A DNA stretch of 50,776 nucleotides from a virus (lineage: Duplodnaviria; Caudoviricetes), in IMG/VR virus record IMGVR_UViG_3300036785_000282, positions 1-50,776 of that record. The stretch is one strand, 5' to 3'. Both the position numbers and the translations under genes were made by a program. The notes under the pieces were generated by a model that searched no databases, had not been told where the DNA came from, and saw only the letters and a list, made by a program, of their open reading frames with translations. The stretch's first letter is position 1. The number at the start of each line of letters is the position of its first letter. Positions 9,438 through 18,867 of the stretch are shown here, piece after piece.

Positions 9438-10598
9438 ATGGGCGCACATAATCTAACATTCCCAGCATCACATAGTTACATATGGATTAAGTGCGCCGGT
9501 CAACCGCAACTATCAGCAAGAGTAGATTTTAAAGAACCTAAAAAAACAAGCACTTTAGAAGGGCTTGTTGGTCACTGGGTAGCTGCTAATTATTTACGCG
9601 GTATCCCAGTGACCATAGGTGTAAAAGATGAAATTGAAATAACAGATGAAATGCATAAAGGCGGTAGTTTTTATTTAGAACATATTTCATCTGTTTTATC
9701 TAATTGTTCATTAGGTAATCAATCAATTTTATCAACGAATGTTGAATATTCAGTTTTTGTTAATTGGCTAATGCCTTCTGTTTATCGCCAAATTACTGAT
9801 TATCGGCATTACGACCCTGTAACCGCTACTTTATACATATGGGATTATAAGTTTGGATTTGATCCCGTGGAAGTAGTCGAAAATATGCAAATGATATATT
9901 ACGCTTTAGATGCGGCAACTAAAGACGTAGTAGAAAACATCATAGTTTTCATCATACAACCACGGGCATTTTCTGCTGACGGCCCGGTAAGATCTTGGCG
10001 GTTCGACCGTAACACTTTAAATAAATGGGCCGGTATTTTTAAAAATGCCTATTTATTAGCACATCGTGAAGATGCGCCATTAGTTGTTGGTGACCATTGC
10101 AAACGTTGTAAAGCTCGCGGGTCATGTCCTGCGTTATATGAAGAGGTGATCAAATTGGCGACTGTATTAGATGCACCACCATCATTAACACCATCAGAAG
10201 TTGGTGAGAGGTTAAAGTTGATGGATCTATTACATACTCGATCAGGTGATGCACGTAGCGCATTACATGCACAAGGTACACACTATGTACAAAACGGACA
10301 GACTTTACCGGGATGGAAACTAATACCAAAAACAACGCAGCGTAAATTGACTGATGAAAAAAAATTAGTCGCGATGTTCACGATGTGTGGAGGTAATCCA
10401 AAAGATTTATATTTGGAATCGTTAAAACCATTAACCCAACTTGAAAAATTATTGCCTAAAAATATAGTTAACGACTGTACAACTAAACCGGCTGGTGCTT
10501 TAGTTTTAGTTCCTGATACACATCAGGCTGAAGGATTTGAAAATAAAGTAGCTGCCACTTTTAACACCGTGCCTGTTAAACCAACTGGCGCAATTTAA
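9438..10598 (+). CDS. Cas4-like PD-(D/E)xK exonuclease (DUF2800-type)
   Basis: WIKCAG, EG..GH, IWDYKFG, QM..YA and HCKRCKARGSC motifs. Confidence 0.85.
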   Translation: MGAHNLTFPASHSYIWIKCAGQPQLSARVDFKEPKKTSTLEGLVGHWVAANYLRGIPVTIGVKDEIEITDEMHKGGSFYLEHISSVLSNCSLGNQSILSTNVEYSVFVNWLMPSVYRQITDYRHYDPVTATLYIWDYKFGFDPVEVVENMQMIYYALDAATKDVVENIIVFIIQPRAFSADGPVRSWRFDRNTLNKWAGIFKNAYLLAHREDAPLVVGDHCKRCKARGSCPALYEEVIKLATVLDAPPSLTPSEVGERLKLMDLLHTRSGDARSALHAQGTHYVQNGQTLPGWKLIPKTTQRKLTDEKKLVAMFTMCGGNPKDLYLESLKPLTQLEKLLPKNIVNDCTTKPAGALVLVPDTHQAEGFENKVAATFNTVPVKPTGAI

Positions 10599-10609
10599 TT
10601 ACAGGAATC

Positions 10610-11590
10610 ATGATTATGTCTAAAGCACCTCGTTTTGATTTTACAACTCCAGTTGGCCGTTTAGTTGGCGGTAGTTTCTTTGAACTGAATAAAACCGATC
10701 ATAACAACAAACCACTGGAAGAAAAAAAATATAACTGGTGGGTAGGTTTGGCGTTTCCAAAAACTGCGGCTAACTGGTGGGAAGAACAAGGCGAATTAGG
10801 CGCTGTATTTACTGCTATTCGTAGTGCCGCTGGTTTTTATACCAATGGTGAAGCGTCGCAACCAACATTCGCATGGAAAATTATCAATGGTGACGATCCT
10901 AAACACGCGGCTAAAGAAGGCTATCCCGGTCATTGGGTCATTGGATTCTCACGCAACGTAGCTATTGATCCTTGCCCGATTTATAAATATCCAGAAAATA
11001 CAGCGGTGATTGATCCACAGCAAGCCAAACGTGGTTACTATTACCGTATCAGTGGCAGTTCATCATCTAATGAAAGTACCGGTAATCAGGCTGGTGTTTA
11101 TATTAACATGTATATGGCTCAACTCTGTTTTGCAGGACAAGAGATCATAAGCGGCCCGGCACCATCATCTGTATTTAATACACCTATTGCTATGCCTGCC
11201 GGAGCATCTGCTGTCCCTGCTGCACCGGGTGGTGTTCCTGCTCCGGCAGCAATGGCCCCTGTTACGCCTCCGGCACCGGGTGGTGTCCCTGCTCCAGCAG
11301 CAATGGCCCCTGTTACGCCTCCGGCACCGGGTGGTGTTCCTGCTCCGGCAGCAATGGCCCCTGTTACGCCTCCAGCACCGGGTGGTGTCCCTGCACCAGC
11401 AGCAATGGCCCCTGTTACGCCTCCTGCACCAGCAGCGGCACCACAGCACGTTATGACTGCTGCGGCTAATGGTATTACTTATGAGGCGTATCGTACTGCT
11501 AACTGGACTGATGAACAACTTATTCAACAAGGTATGATGTTGCCACCGACTGCCCCGGCAAACAACTTTCTCACAGGTAACGGATATTGA
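10610..11590 (+). CDS. single-stranded DNA-binding protein (DUF2815/gp2.5-like) with a Pro/Ala repeat tail
   Basis: TPVGRL start; position between nuclease and polymerase; GVYIN motif. Confidence 0.75.
   Translation: MIMSKAPRFDFTTPVGRLVGGSFFELNKTDHNNKPLEEKKYNWWVGLAFPKTAANWWEEQGELGAVFTAIRSAAGFYTNGEASQPTFAWKIINGDDPKHAAKEGYPGHWVIGFSRNVAIDPCPIYKYPENTAVIDPQQAKRGYYYRISGSSSSNESTGNQAGVYINMYMAQLCFAGQEIISGPAPSSVFNTPIAMPAGASAVPAAPGGVPAPAAMAPVTPPAPGGVPAPAAMAPVTPPAPGGVPAPAAMAPVTPPAPGGVPAPAAMAPVTPPAPAAAPQHVMTAAANGITYEAYRTANWTDEQLIQQGMMLPPTAPANNFLTGNGY
11222..11425 (+). repeat. 4 x 51-bp coding tandem repeat (APGGVPAPAAMAPVTPP)
   Basis: Units start at 11222, 11273, 11324 and 11375. Confidence 0.95.
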
Positions 11591-11625
11591 TATAACAAAC
11601 TGGGATAATATACCACTATAAGGAG

Positions 11626-11647
11626 AACGCCCTACGGGGCGTTTTTA
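11626..11647 (+). terminator. intrinsic terminator after the SSB gene
   Basis: AACGCCC-TACG-GGGCGTT-TTT. Confidence 0.7.
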
Positions 11648-11653
11648 ATAACT

Positions 11654-13489
11654 ATGACACAGCCAGACGATTATATTTATGATGAGGAAGTTTACCCGAA
11701 CTGTTTCCTATTCGGCGCTAAACATAAAAAAACAGGAACAAGATATGTTTTTGAAATATCGTTCCGCCGTGATGATCGCGCTGCGTTATTTGCGTGGTGT
11801 GAATATTTACGTGAAAACAATGGGCGTGTAGTTGGTTACAATAATATTGGTTACGATTACCCGGTATTACATACTATTTTAACTAATATAGAATATGTAA
11901 CCAATAGTGATATTTATGCAAAATCTTGCTCTATTTTCGCACGCCAAGACAGTGATGATAAATTTGCAAATATGCTTTGGGAAAGTGACTGGTTAATCAA
12001 ACAACTAGATTTACTTAAAGTTCATCATTTCGACAATCAGGCAAAAAGAACCAGTTTGAAGCAACTAGAATTTGCAATGCGTATGGATACTATCGAGGAC
12101 CTGCCTTATGTGCCGGGGACTTATTTAACATCTGAACAGATCGATCATCTTAGAAACTACATGTTTCATGATATCGATGCAACTGATGATTTCCACGGTC
12201 ATAGCAAAGAAGAATTAGATTTTAGAACCGAATTGAGTGCCGAATTTGAAAAAAACTTAATGAACTATAGCGATACAAATATTGGTAAAGAATTCTTCAT
12301 TGAAGAACTAAAAAAAGCAGGTGTTATAAATATTAAAAAAGGGGGTACACCACGACACCAATTAGACCTTGGCAGTTTATTATTGCCGTCTATCCGTTTC
12401 GAAACTGAATCACTTATACACACTCATGCGTGGATTTCGTCCCAAACTATTACTGAAACAAAAGGCGTGTTTAAAAATCTAATCGCCCGTGTTGCTGGTT
12501 TTGATTTCGTATTCGGTCTAGGTGGGATACATGGTTCTGTAGAATCTCGTCATGTGAAATCAACAGATCAATATGTAATAATGGATGATGATGTAGAATC
12601 ATATTATCCGAAACTGGCTATTACTCAACGTTGGTATCCGGAACATTTAGGCCCTATTTTTTGTGACGTTTACGAACATCTATTCGAATTAAGAAAAACA
12701 TTTGCAAAAGGAACAAGCAAAAACAAAATGGTAAAACTGGGTTTAAATGGCACATATGGTAATAGTAACAGTAAATATAGCCCATTTTTTGATCCCGCAT
12801 TTACTATGAAAATTACTTTAAATGGTCAGTTATTACTTTGTATGTTAGCAGAACAGTTAGTTAAAGTTCCGGGATTAATGTTAATACAGGCAAATACTGA
12901 CGGCTTAACTTATTATGTACCTCGTGTGTTTTTGCCACAGGTTGAAGCTATTCGCCAATGGTGGATGGAATTCACTAAATTAAAATTAGAACAAAATGAA
13001 TATAGTGATATGTGGATCAGGGACGTAAATAGTTATATCGCACGTTACGCAAAAACAGGCGAACTGAAACGAAAAGGTGCCTACGGCTATGGTAAAGATT
13101 TAGGCTGGCATCAAAACCACAGTATGCAGGTTGTTGCCCGCGCTGCTGAAGCTGCATTAGTTCACGGTAAAGATATCGGCGAATTTATCCGTAGTCATGA
13201 AGATTTCCATGATTTTATGATGTTGGCTAAAGTGCCAAAAACGAATCGGCTTTATGTTGGCGATCGGCAGGTTCAGAACGTAACACGTTATTATGTCGCA
13301 ACCGATGGTGAACCCATGCAGAAGATAATGCCACCGTTGCCCAAGAAACCCGGTGTAGAACGCCCACAAGCGATTTGTAAGGGCTATGTAGTCCATGAGT
13401 GCAATAACATCGCTAAGGCTCGTAGGGACAATCTGAATTATGATTTTTATATCACAGAAGCTGAAAAGCTTGTAAAACCATTGCAATAA
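11654..13489 (+). CDS. DNA polymerase family B with 3'-5' exonuclease domain
   Basis: YDEE and GYNNIGYD exonuclease motifs; DVESYYP, KLGLNGTYG and NTDG polymerase motifs. Confidence 0.93.
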   Translation: MTQPDDYIYDEEVYPNCFLFGAKHKKTGTRYVFEISFRRDDRAALFAWCEYLRENNGRVVGYNNIGYDYPVLHTILTNIEYVTNSDIYAKSCSIFARQDSDDKFANMLWESDWLIKQLDLLKVHHFDNQAKRTSLKQLEFAMRMDTIEDLPYVPGTYLTSEQIDHLRNYMFHDIDATDDFHGHSKEELDFRTELSAEFEKNLMNYSDTNIGKEFFIEELKKAGVINIKKGGTPRHQLDLGSLLLPSIRFETESLIHTHAWISSQTITETKGVFKNLIARVAGFDFVFGLGGIHGSVESRHVKSTDQYVIMDDDVESYYPKLAITQRWYPEHLGPIFCDVYEHLFELRKTFAKGTSKNKMVKLGLNGTYGNSNSKYSPFFDPAFTMKITLNGQLLLCMLAEQLVKVPGLMLIQANTDGLTYYVPRVFLPQVEAIRQWWMEFTKLKLEQNEYSDMWIRDVNSYIARYAKTGELKRKGAYGYGKDLGWHQNHSMQVVARAAEAALVHGKDIGEFIRSHEDFHDFMMLAKVPKTNRLYVGDRQVQNVTRYYVATDGEPMQKIMPPLPKKPGVERPQAICKGYVVHECNNIAKARRDNLNYDFYITEAEKLVKPLQ

Positions 13490-13509
13490 TTCGTGACGTA
13501 TTGTAAAAT
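13481..13509 (+). promoter_or_regulatory. promoter containing a degenerate copy of the shared motif
   Basis: TTGCAA-17-TAAAAT with ATAATTCGTGACGTATTGTA inside it. Confidence 0.65.
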
Positions 13510-13541
13510 GTCGGCATTGATAACAGAGGATTAACAACATC

Positions 13542-14066
13542 ATGAATTATATCTATAAAAATGAAAATGGTACACATGGTGATTTTACTATAGGTAACCT
13601 TTATCATCGCGCTGATGGTTTTGAACGTGACTGTGTGAGTAAAGGTTTTTATGTAGATAACACTGATAATTTTAGGCTGATCCCTGATGAATATTTCAAA
13701 CAAAGTGATGAAATACGTCAATTTAAAGTACCGTTTGTTGCTCATTTACCACGAAATGAACGCATCGTTTTAGCTAAACGTTGGGGTGTCACCGAACAAA
13801 CTATTAATAACTGGCAACGGCCCGGCAACTATTTTCAACCGTATCGTTTAAACGATGCATTAACCGGCATGTTAAATTGTACCCCACGTACTGATGTATT
13901 AAAGCCCGGTGAATTATCAGAAATTGCACAGTCTCACGGTTTTTATATCAGCGAATTATCGGTCCGCTGGGGTTGGCATTATGGCGGTGAAACTCTTACC
14001 AGTATTGTATCTGATCCTAATCGTGTTGCTCTATTCTGGGATATGCTGAATGGAATGAAGAAGTGA
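13542..14066 (+). CDS. putative DNA-binding protein with HTH-like segments
   Basis: LAKRWGVTEQTINNW and a second ELSVRWG segment. Confidence 0.6.
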   Translation: MNYIYKNENGTHGDFTIGNLYHRADGFERDCVSKGFYVDNTDNFRLIPDEYFKQSDEIRQFKVPFVAHLPRNERIVLAKRWGVTEQTINNWQRPGNYFQPYRLNDALTGMLNCTPRTDVLKPGELSEIAQSHGFYISELSVRWGWHYGGETLTSIVSDPNRVALFWDMLNGMKK

Positions 14067-14111
14067 TAGAGTAACATTAGTTTTATTTTTATTCATGTTA
14101 ACGGTGGTTGT

Positions 14112-14462
14112 ATGAAACTTATTTATATAGCTGGACCATACCGCGCAACTTGTGCATTAAAAACACAACGAAACATCTTTGCAGCAGAAAATTTAGGTAA
14201 ACAATTAACATTACAATGCCCTAACTATTACCCGGTAATTCCACATATGAACACGGCCCTATGGGGTTACGACGCTGGATTAATCAATGTACCGGGTCAA
14301 TATTATTTAGATGGTACTATGGAAATGATGCGCCGCTGTGATGGTGTTTTAGTAGTACCTAACTATTTACGATCTCAAGGTACTATTGCAGAAATTGCTG
14401 AAGCCGAACGGCTGGGAATTCCTGTTTATTATTCTGTTACACAGGTTCCAGTAAATGGCTAA
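14112..14462 (+). CDS. nucleoside 2-deoxyribosyltransferase-like protein (DUF1937/DUF4406-type)
   Basis: IYIAGPY, PVIPH, MRRCD and SQGT.AE..EAERLGIPV motifs. Confidence 0.75.
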   Translation: MKLIYIAGPYRATCALKTQRNIFAAENLGKQLTLQCPNYYPVIPHMNTALWGYDAGLINVPGQYYLDGTMEMMRRCDGVLVVPNYLRSQGTIAEIAEAERLGIPVYYSVTQVPVNG

Positions 14463-15195
14463 GGATAATTGGGAAACCCCGTATGATTTTATCGATAATA
14501 TTAAACAGGAATTCCCGTTAATCCTAGATGTTTGCACGGACGGGAAAAATGCAAAAACTGATTTGTTCCTATGTGATAGTTTAAAATATGATTGGGCCAG
14601 TATTGTAAAAATAAATGGCGGGGGTTATATCTGGTGCAATCCCCCATATTCTGACCCCACACCATGGGCGAATAAACTAGTTAAAACAGTAAAAGAAGGT
14701 GTGGGATCGTTATTTCTCGTCAATGCTATGACTAGTTCAAAATGGTATCATATCGCTTTAAAACACTGTGCTGAACTTTGGACGTTTGAGGGACGCATTT
14801 CATTTATTGATCCAGATACAGGAAAACCGGGAAAAAATAATGATAGATCTCAAGTTATGTTTGTATTCGATCCTAATAAAATAGGACAAGCTGTAAACCG
14901 TTCAGTTAAAGTTTCTGATTATCAAACACACCGCAAAAAATATAGAGAATATTTAACTATGTGCACAATCGTAGAATTTGATCCAATGACAACAAAACGT
15001 TTACCAACTGGTCGTTATTGCCGATTACCATGCACACGGGAACAACTACCCGCTACTTTAATGATGATGGGTATAAACGTACCAATGGATAATAAAGGCG
15101 TGTTAGGCTGGCGCTTGTTTGTTTATCGTGGTGAAATTCCAGTAGGATCAGACTGGAAAGAAACACAGATTCATGAATTAGTTAAAGCCCCTTAA
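14455..15195 (+). CDS. phage DNA N6-adenine methyltransferase with a C-terminal extension
   Basis: WETP, LDVC, WCNPPYS and GRISF motifs. Confidence 0.88.
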   Translation: MAKDNWETPYDFIDNIKQEFPLILDVCTDGKNAKTDLFLCDSLKYDWASIVKINGGGYIWCNPPYSDPTPWANKLVKTVKEGVGSLFLVNAMTSSKWYHIALKHCAELWTFEGRISFIDPDTGKPGKNNDRSQVMFVFDPNKIGQAVNRSVKVSDYQTHRKKYREYLTMCTIVEFDPMTTKRLPTGRYCRLPCTREQLPATLMMMGINVPMDNKGVLGWRLFVYRGEIPVGSDWKETQIHELVKAP

Positions 15196-15202
15196 CGGGG
15201 CT
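15184..15202. terminator. hairpin between convergent operons
   Basis: AGCCCC-TTAAC-GGGGCT. Confidence 0.55.
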
Positions 15203-15449
15203 GTTGTATCGCATCAACTAATCCATTATGCCACGCCGCACATTCTATATATTTATCCCGGTACCACTCAGCAGTATTAAAAAGGTCTAGACCAGTTACC
15301 CCCTTCATTTCGTACAAATCATTTATTTGGCACTTTTGTATTAATGCCGCTTGATAAACGGGTTGTTGCTGCTTTAGTTTTTTCGTTGAACAACCTAACA
15401 GCGTCATCAGTAGCACAGATATTAACAAAAACTGGATTGGTTTTTTCAT
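15192..15449 (-). CDS. o-spanin (Rz1-like lipoprotein)
   Basis: Lipobox LLGC; Y.ECA..HN.L motif; overlaps the i-spanin gene. Confidence 0.85.
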   Translation of the reverse strand: MKKPIQFLLISVLLMTLLGCSTKKLKQQQPVYQAALIQKCQINDLYEMKGVTGLDLFNTAEWYRDKYIECAAWHNGLVDAIQQPR

Positions 15450-15690
15450 GATAAGTTTTCTCTACAATAGTTTCGGTGTTTTGTTTCCAGTCACTTAATC
15501 CTTTTAGCACAGTATCGGCAACTTGTTGCTGTGCTAATTGCCGCTGTTGTTCCTGTACCGCCAGATCTAACTTTTCACTTTTTACCAAACTATCCCGCGC
15601 ATCATAACCGTTCTGGTAAGCAAGATAGCAGCTACCAATAAAAGCAACCACAACCAGCGCCGAAACAATGAGAAATGATTTAATACCCAT
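15319..15690 (-). CDS. i-spanin (Rz-like)
   Basis: N-terminal TM helix, coiled coil, NPVF.N.C motif. Confidence 0.85.
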   Translation of the reverse strand: MGIKSFLIVSALVVVAFIGSCYLAYQNGYDARDSLVKSEKLDLAVQEQQRQLAQQQVADTVLKGLSDWKQNTETIVEKTYHEKTNPVFVNICATDDAVRLFNEKTKAATTRLSSGINTKVPNK

Positions 15691-15875
15691 TCTATTACCT
15701 GCCTTTGTGAAATTAGTCTAGCCACCATTGCTAAAATCATCATGATAAATGAAATATACCATGGGAAATAATCACTATAAAACTGGTCTACACCTTCTAT
15801 TATGGTGGCTATAGCAATTAACCAAATTGACCACATCTTGTAAAAGGATTTCCAATCTGGAACAAGTTTACTCAT
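15582..15875 (-). CDS. putative holin/membrane lysis protein
   Basis: MSKLVPDWK..WS start overlapping the endolysin stop; two or three TM segments; ARLI.Q motif. Confidence 0.7.
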   Translation of the reverse strand: MSKLVPDWKSFYKMWSIWLIAIATIIEGVDQFYSDYFPWYISFIMMILAMVARLISQRQVIEWVLNHFSLFRRWLWLLLLVAAILLTRTVMMRGIVW

Positions 15876-16401
15876 AACGGCATAACTCCAATTCATCAGC
15901 CCGGCGCACAGGTTGCCCCGCACAGTTATTAGAACGTATTCGGCAATCCTTACCGCCATCATAAATCCATTTCGGGATCTGTTCACATGCGCCTTTTATA
16001 TCACCTGCATTTATCTTTTTATAAAAAGTAGATGAAAAACATTTTGCCGGGCCGATGTTATAAGGACAAAATGAGGCGATGCCGATTTTCTGAATATCAT
16101 TCAATGGGTATTTTATATTACGATTTACCCATGCTAACGCTTTTTGTGCCTCAATGTTATTGTAATAATCGCACTGGTTCTTACTGAGTTTCATTCCCTT
16201 AGTAATGGATTTACCATCAATGAACGTTACCCCACGGCATATCGTCCAAATACCACCCCCATCACGGTATGCATAGCTATAACCATCTTTGCTTAAACCG
16301 GTACCCTCTTTTTCATCAAGGAATAGGCTTAAGCCACCCGCAGCTGTGAGGGTACCGGCTAGTACCCCAGCTATGATTTTTGAAACGATTTTACTTTTCA
16401 T
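15868..16401 (-). CDS. SAR endolysin, GH24 lysozyme
   Basis: Gly/Ala-rich N-terminal SAR segment; EG..AYRDGGGIWTICRG; YNIG; RR..E. Confidence 0.93.
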   Translation of the reverse strand: MKSKIVSKIIAGVLAGTLTAAGGLSLFLDEKEGTGLSKDGYSYAYRDGGGIWTICRGVTFIDGKSITKGMKLSKNQCDYYNNIEAQKALAWVNRNIKYPLNDIQKIGIASFCPYNIGPAKCFSSTFYKKINAGDIKGACEQIPKWIYDGGKDCRIRSNNCAGQPVRRADELELCRYE

Positions 16402-16729
16402 TTCGTTTGGCCTCTGCTGCTAATTGTGCTCGGAACCCTTCTACTGCAACACGTAGATCGCTTGTGCTTTGGGTTAACTCTTTTACACTGCTTAAAACCT
16501 GTACGTTCTGTTCGGATTGATAGGTCAATTTGATGTCGTGGATGTCCACACGGGATTCTAATTTTTTAACCTGCCCGTAAGTGTTGTTAGTGTATGATTT
16601 TAAACCTTCTATTGATTTTGATTGTTCTTCAAAGGCTTTCTGGAACATGCCATACTGGACTGCCAAGCCGATAAAAAAGGCCGCTAATGGCCAATATTTT
16701 AGAACGGATTTTTCAATGGCATCTGACAT
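16391..16729 (-). CDS. putative holin/antiholin (one TM helix plus coiled coil)
   Basis: First gene of the lysis cassette; one TM helix. Confidence 0.6.
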   Translation of the reverse strand: MSDAIEKSVLKYWPLAAFFIGLAVQYGMFQKAFEEQSKSIEGLKSYTNNTYGQVKKLESRVDIHDIKLTYQSEQNVQVLSSVKELTQSTSDLRVAVEGFRAQLAAEAKRNEK

Positions 16730-16813
16730 AGGTTAAGACTCTCTATATGGGTGATTTAACCCCAGTATATGATAAACTAAACACGTTTTGAACAATCATC
16801 AGGAGTTTATGTT

Positions 16814-18838
16814 ATGGCTAGTTGTGACGGGTTTCCTACAAAAAATGATTTAATCATTGCCAAACAGTCGATAGATCATATAAGTCACGTTGCTAAAAGC
16901 CGTGACAGTGAAAATAATCAAGCGGATTCAGTAACTGATCCGATCGGGGATGGTAATTTTACAAATTTAACATTGGATGGATTAGAGAAATTATATTACG
17001 AAGCTATTTCTAAAGCTGGTTATATTTTAATTGATAGTTTTAATATTGGTGCAACTCTTACTTTACCCAATCAAGTTTTAAGATGGGCAATAGCAGATGG
17101 TGGCAATGGTGAATATTATCGATGGGATGGGATGTTTCCTAAAACAGTCCCAGCTGGGTCTACACCGGCAACATCAGGTGGTGTAGCACTTGGTGCATGG
17201 GTAGGCGTAGGTGATGCATCATTACGTGCAGCTATGGCTAGCTCAAATGGTGCCAATCTTTCTAAATTTACCCCCTATTCGGGGCCAGAAAGATTCTTGC
17301 AGGACTATTTAAGAGAAGGATACATAAGAGTAGCATCCCGTGATGAATTAGTCGCGGCTCAAACAATTATTAAAACGATTATTCACAAACGTACTGAGAT
17401 TAGGTTATCTAGAAATTTCGCGCCATGGACTGCTCCCCAAACAGATATCGATTTAGCCTATGTCACTATTGTCGGTGAAGCAGATGGTGTAGTTATTGAT
17501 GCTACAGGTATACCGAATGTTGCCGGAAACTATTGGATCAGAGCTTATAACTCAGGCACAGCAGAAACGTTAATTAATGGATTACCATTTCTTGATGGCT
17601 TTAGATTAAAAGGGGTTAATGTTAGAGGCCCAAGTCGATCCTCTAATACAACTGGCCTTTTTTGGCATAGTCCAGAAGGTGCTTTAGGTAATATTTCATG
17701 GGCCGGTGTACAAATACAAGAATTTGGAAAAGGTGTATCGTATGGACAGAACGCCTATATAATTAAAGCATTCGGATGTTATATATTACGATGCAATACG
17801 TATTGTGTAGGTATGGATTCAGGTTACGCTAATTCCGGTGAAAATATTTCATTCTTCGGATGTACTTTAGGTGTTAGTGCTGGGCCTGCTATTTATAACG
17901 CAAATGGTAATGGTGGGTTTGATTTCCACGGAACATCTGTTGACTACGCGGGTCAGGTTGCAGTCGTAGATGCGGGATATGTAACATTCACAGGCGGTCA
18001 CCACGAACAAGAAAATACTGCTAATCCAGCTACAGGCCCTTGGTATGTTGCAGGCCCTGCCGCAACATCGCGAATCTCATGTAACGGTGTTAAACAGGTT
18101 TGTTTTAGAGGTGCTGGATCTTTACAAAACTATTTCGTTCAGACAAACGCCACTGGCGATGGTGTTTATTTTACTAACTGTATGTCGCAAAATATGCGCA
18201 CGGCAACGGGCATTATCAATACCGGCGGTGGCGTTTTTAGACAAACAGGAACGCAAGTTCAAAGTGGTGGTGGTAATATACAAACTTCAGTAAAGCAGAC
18301 TAATTTACAAAGTTTGGTGTTAGATGGTACAAGTGAAACAGCTACTGTTTACGACTGGTATATTCGCCGTGTAAATAATGCGGTAACCAGTCGCACGAGT
18401 GGTGATAACATAACATTATCTAACAGTACCGATTTTGCTTTAGTAGGTAATCAGTCATTAAAGGTTACTAAATCAACAGCGTCAACTAACCACGGTATAG
18501 CTTTAATTGCGCCAATAACCCGCGACGGTCAATGTCACTATGATTTTTCAATAAGGCCGGGGGCATCAGGAATTTCCGGTGATGTTTTTACTGATAGTTA
18601 TTTTGTTGCACTAGGTGGATATGATCAGTTTGGTCGTCCAATATTTTCAAAAATTTCTTCAACACTTGGAAGTCGTACAACTGTATTAACTGGTTCGGTT
18701 GTTTGGCAACCTGTACAGTCGTTTGCATCAAAGGCAGTCGTCCCAGTTTGGGCAACACATATCATGGTGGATATAAATTCATCAGGTTTAGGAATCGGAT
18801 CATATTACATCGATTCCTATGGAGTATGGGAAATTTAA
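16814..18838 (+). CDS. tailspike / polysaccharide depolymerase
   Basis: N-terminal GEYYRWDG..PK.VPAGSTP..GAWV.VGDA.LR anchor motif, then a G/N-rich beta-helix-like body. Confidence 0.88.
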   Translation: MASCDGFPTKNDLIIAKQSIDHISHVAKSRDSENNQADSVTDPIGDGNFTNLTLDGLEKLYYEAISKAGYILIDSFNIGATLTLPNQVLRWAIADGGNGEYYRWDGMFPKTVPAGSTPATSGGVALGAWVGVGDASLRAAMASSNGANLSKFTPYSGPERFLQDYLREGYIRVASRDELVAAQTIIKTIIHKRTEIRLSRNFAPWTAPQTDIDLAYVTIVGEADGVVIDATGIPNVAGNYWIRAYNSGTAETLINGLPFLDGFRLKGVNVRGPSRSSNTTGLFWHSPEGALGNISWAGVQIQEFGKGVSYGQNAYIIKAFGCYILRCNTYCVGMDSGYANSGENISFFGCTLGVSAGPAIYNANGNGGFDFHGTSVDYAGQVAVVDAGYVTFTGGHHEQENTANPATGPWYVAGPAATSRISCNGVKQVCFRGAGSLQNYFVQTNATGDGVYFTNCMSQNMRTATGIINTGGGVFRQTGTQVQSGGGNIQTSVKQTNLQSLVLDGTSETATVYDWYIRRVNNAVTSRTSGDNITLSNSTDFALVGNQSLKVTKSTASTNHGIALIAPITRDGQCHYDFSIRPGASGISGDVFTDSYFVALGGYDQFGRPIFSKISSTLGSRTTVLTGSVVWQPVQSFASKAVVPVWATHIMVDINSSGLGIGSYYIDSYGVWEI

Positions 18839-18845
18839 TAAGTGA

Positions 18846-18867
18846 AGCCCCTCATTAGAGGGGCTTG
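18846..18867. terminator. bidirectional terminator
   Basis: AAGCCCCTC-ATTA-GAGGGGCTT between convergent genes. Confidence 0.7.

Noticed and set aside
9438-10598. Cas4-like gene as a sign of CRISPR-Cas
   Set aside because: Solo Cas4-like nucleases are routine in phage replication modules; there is no array or other cas gene.
11165-11530. Cys/Arg-rich and Leu/Gln-rich repeat ORFs overlapping SSB
   Set aside because: Alternative-frame shadows of the 51-bp tandem repeat.
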